NCBI GenBank assembly: GCA_001179505.1
Contig: CDMY01000581.1
Coordinates: 265,597 to 329,596, forward strand
DNA: 64,000 bases
Direction of reading: 5' to 3'
Source of the DNA: Vitrella brassicaformis CCMP3155
Taxonomy: Eukaryota; Protista; Chromerida
Shown piece by piece: positions 61,004 through 64,000 of the stretch. A program made the position numbers and the translations under genes. Each line of letters starts with the position of its first letter. Positions within the stretch are counted from its first letter, which is position 1. Below the pieces are notes generated by a model. The model did no database searches, was not told the origin of the DNA, and saw only the letters and a program-made list of their open reading frames with translations.

Positions 61004-61778
61004 TTCACGACCCCCCCAAAAGCACCCAGCTGGGGGGAGTGCTCTAGGCTACTTTTTTTCCGCCCGTTGGTTCGTCGGATCGGTTCTTTCGGGGTTGCCA
61101 ATCGACCCAATGAATCAACCGAAAAAAACGCACACGGAAAAGACGCCAGGAAAGCGCATGCAGCCCCCACCCTTCAAAATCAGTCCCAGTGTGAAGGCCC
61201 CTCACGCACAACGGCGAACAGAGCTCGGGTGAGAAACACACCCACGCCGCCTCGTCATTGGCTCCTCTGAAGGGCAAGGCACCGTGCTGACGGGGACATT
61301 GCTGCAATTGCATTGCTGTCGGGGCGGCTGGAGGTCGGCCAGAACATCGTCATCTACCCACACGCAGTGCAGACGCGCATCAGGACCATTCAAGTGCCAA
61401 GATGGGGCAAGGAGGTGTCTTCTGATGGGTGAGTGATTGTGTTTTGTGTGTACGTGTTCGGAGTTTCAAATAGGACCTCGCTAGTGCGTCGCAGACCGTG
61501 TGTCCATCTGTGCCCCGGCAATCGGAGGCGAGGAGCTGACGGACGGTCGGTCGGTCACTGCCTAAGGTGCGAGACGGTGTGTTTCATGGCCAATCGGCGT
61601 GCATATGAGACAGACGTTCCAAGAAACATTCACGGGCGAACAGAAAACAACAGAGGACCCAGACGAACATGTAGAAGAGAACACAGACAACACTATGACA
61701 GATATGTACGAAAACACGCAAAGACACGCAACAGAAACCATCGATTGTCAACAGGCCAAGACACCGAAGCATCTGGAC
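61004..61778. repeat. Direct repeat copy 1 (775 bp; identical to 63186-63928 apart from a 32-bp insertion); truncated by the gap
   Basis: Sequence identity read directly; constant offset of 2150 after the indel. Confidence 0.92.
61253..61428 (+). pseudogene. Frameshifted relic of translational GTPase domain II (SelB/eEFSec-like); second copy at 63403-63578
   Basis: Removing a 14-bp insertion restores GTVLTGTLLSGRLEVGQNIVIYPHAVQTRIRTIQV, which matches the GTVxTGTxLSGxxxxGxxxxIxP pattern of eEFSec/SelB domain II. Confidence 0.6.
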
Positions 61779-62078
61779 NNNNNNNNNNNNNNNNNNNNNN
61801 NNNNNNNNNNNNNNNNNNNNNNNNNNNNNNNNNNNNNNNNNNNNNNNNNNNNNNNNNNNNNNNNNNNNNNNNNNNNNNNNNNNNNNNNNNNNNNNNNNNN
61901 NNNNNNNNNNNNNNNNNNNNNNNNNNNNNNNNNNNNNNNNNNNNNNNNNNNNNNNNNNNNNNNNNNNNNNNNNNNNNNNNNNNNNNNNNNNNNNNNNNNN
62001 NNNNNNNNNNNNNNNNNNNNNNNNNNNNNNNNNNNNNNNNNNNNNNNNNNNNNNNNNNNNNNNNNNNNNNNNNNNNNN
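61779..62078. other. Assembly gap (300 N)
   Basis: Run of N. Confidence 1.
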
Positions 62079-62466
62079 AGGCAAGAAGGGGGGCGGCGGC
62101 CTGGCACCTGCCGATGATGTCGATGAGGAGGGAGAGCCAAGCGACAAGACGGCCAGCTGGGCGAAGATACAGGCAGCCATGCAGAGTGAGGAGCTGAAGG
62201 ACCTGATGACGCCAAGCGCAGTAGAAATGCTCAGGGAGAACGTGGAGAAAGAGAAGGAGCTCACGGCCAAGCTATCGCCGCCGCCCGGCAATGTTTGGGC
62301 TGGGCAGATGAGCCACAGGGCGATTCAGATGATACGGATGATCCCCCTGCCTGAGGGGGTGAGGGAGGAAGACCAGCTGCCTGAGGTCAAAAAGTACCTT
62401 GAGGAGAACCCTGAGTGGGCGAGGTATGTAGACAAGCTGTGGGCAGAGGTCCCGCCTTTCTCTTAG
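62079..62466 (+). CDS. 3' exon of a hypothetical protein whose 5' part lies in or before the gap
   Basis: Open frame GKKGGGG...MQSEELKDLMTPSAVEMLRENVEKE...PEWARYVDKLWAEVPPFS*, with GC-rich coding-like codon usage. Confidence 0.65.
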
Positions 62467-62483
62467 CCGGACAAATTGGCCAA

Positions 62484-63178
62484 TCATAACGGCGGACTGA
62501 TAGCATCAAATGGGCGCTTGGCGGCCGCCATGGTCTCGTCCGTGTTGCTAATGGTCGGCGTGACGCTCGTGCTGCCAAACCCGCCCTGACCTCGGCTCGT
62601 CGCATCCAGCTCATCTACCATCTGACACACAAGACAATCGGGGAGATCAAGGGTGGACGAAGACACGTCGATGTGTCATGTGTCAGCTATCCACGTACCT
62701 CGAATGTGATACTGTCGCCCTTGAAGGACACGGCCTGCACCAGGCGGTCGCCCTTCTTGACCGTGTAGTCCTCACCGCGGATGTTGTCCAGGGCGGCCTT
62801 CAACTCGCCACGGTAACCAGCGTCTATCAAACCAACTGACCGACACGCAGATCCACACAGGCATCCGTCCATGTGTCTGTCCGCACAAAAAGAGTGCAGT
62901 CAGCGCAGATCTATCACTCCCAGCTACCTACCTCCGTTGCAGAGCCGCAGTGGCGTTTTGGCGATGGACGAGCGGGGGAAGAGCAGGAAGCTCACGCCCT
63001 TGTCGCCCTCCGAGGCCGAGCACTGTATGCCCAGGTTGACGAATCCAGTGGTGCCAGCTGCGATGGTCTGGTCCTGCACGACGAAGAGGTCCAGGCCCGA
63101 GTCGCCCGCATGATAGTGCCCGTGGTTGCTGTACAGCTCACGGGCTGCATCGTTCAAGGGCTTCACCTTCAGATGCAT
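62484..63178 (-). CDS. dut: dUTPase (apicomplexan-type homotrimeric)
   Basis: MHLKVKPLNDAARELYSNHGHYHAGDSGLDLF (motif 1), FPRSSIAKTPLRLCN (2), GLIDAGYRGE (3), DRLVQ (4), RGQGGFGST (5), over three exons. Closely resembles the Plasmodium/Toxoplasma enzyme. Confidence 0.95.
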
Positions 63179-63185
63179 TTCGTCG

Positions 63186-63928
63186 TTCACGACCCCCCCA
63201 AAAGCACCCAGCTGGGGGGAGTCGTCGGATCGGTTCTTTCGGGGTTGCCAATCGACCCAATGAATCAACCGAAAAAAACGCACACGGAAAAGACGCCAGG
63301 AAAGCGCATGCAGCCCCCACCCTTCAAAATCAGTCCCAGTGTGAAGGCCCCTCACGCACAACGGCGAACAGAGCTCGGGTGAGAAACACACCCACGCCGC
63401 CTCGTCATTGGCTCCTCTGAAGGGCAAGGCACCGTGCTGACGGGGACATTGCTGCAATTGCATTGCTGTCGGGGCGGCTGGAGGTCGGCCAGAACATCGT
63501 CATCTACCCACACGCAGTGCAGACGCGCATCAGGACCATTCAAGTGCCAAGATGGGGCAAGGAGGTGTCTTCTGATGGGTGAGTGATTGTGTTTTGTGTG
63601 TACGTGTTCGGAGTTTCAAATAGGACCTCGCTAGTGCGTCGCAGACCGTGTGTCCATCTGTGCCCCGGCAATCGGAGGCGAGGAGCTGACGGACGGTCGG
63701 TCGGTCACTGCCTAAGGTGCGAGACGGTGTGTTTCATGGCCAATCGGCGTGCATATGAGACAGACGTTCCAAGAAACATTCACGGGCGAACAGAAAACAA
63801 CAGAGGACCCAGACGAACATGTAGAAGAGAACACAGACAACACTATGACAGATATGTACGAAAACACGCAAAGACACGCAACAGAAACCATCGATTGTCA
63901 ACAGGCCAAGACACCGAAGCATCTGGAC
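63186..63928. repeat. Direct repeat copy 2 (743 bp), immediately upstream of the dUTPase ATG
   Basis: Matches 61004-61778 minus the 32-bp segment gctctaggctactttttttccgcccgttggtt. Confidence 0.92.
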
Positions 63929-64000
63929 ATGCACATCGTATCAAATCACACGCAAAAAGGTGAGAACAGTCCTGGCGATCAATAGAGAGACACATACGGC

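Noticed and set aside
61433-62291. ORFs spanning the N gap
   Set aside because: Their length is an artefact of translating N as X; the gap size is only an estimate.

Overview
Intron-rich, GC-rich eukaryotic genomic DNA. Introns are full of (TG)n, (TGTC)n and (GATG)n microsatellites, so the supplied ORFs are mostly exon fragments and I assembled gene models by hand from GT/GC-AG junctions. The apicomplexan-type dUTPase together with a plastid-targeted rubredoxin suggests a photosynthetic alveolate (a chromerid such as Vitrella); this is inference. The window holds about 24 protein-coding loci, mostly in tight head-to-head pairs, one tRNA-Arg(CCT) and two 300-N gaps. There is no rRNA, CRISPR array or intact transposon. 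Recognisable genes: rubredoxin, D-lactate dehydrogenase, SfsA, a clavaminate-synthase-like TauD oxygenase, a CBM20 fusion, a membrane RING-H2 ligase, a 2OG-Fe(II) oxygenase, an FKBP-like ER protein, a tandem TerD protein, 3-hydroxybutyrate dehydrogenase and dUTPase. The main finding is an 11-kb gene (18185-29276) with the architecture Ubl/KHA-like, TPR, NYN(PIN) RNase-fold, RING, UIM, vWA with an inserted RRM, E2 (UBC), U-box. It looks like a self-contained RNA-sensing E2/E3 ubiquitin machine. Its NYN domain carries a natural D-to-N change at the first catalytic position, and the assembly shows a +1 frameshift just upstream of the E2. Other notable items: a circularly permuted inverted copy of two FKBP exons, a CBM20-FABP-like fusion, an intron-containing SfsA, a CaaX-tailed TerD, and a duplicated SelB/eEFSec-like relic carrying a transposon-excision-like footprint.
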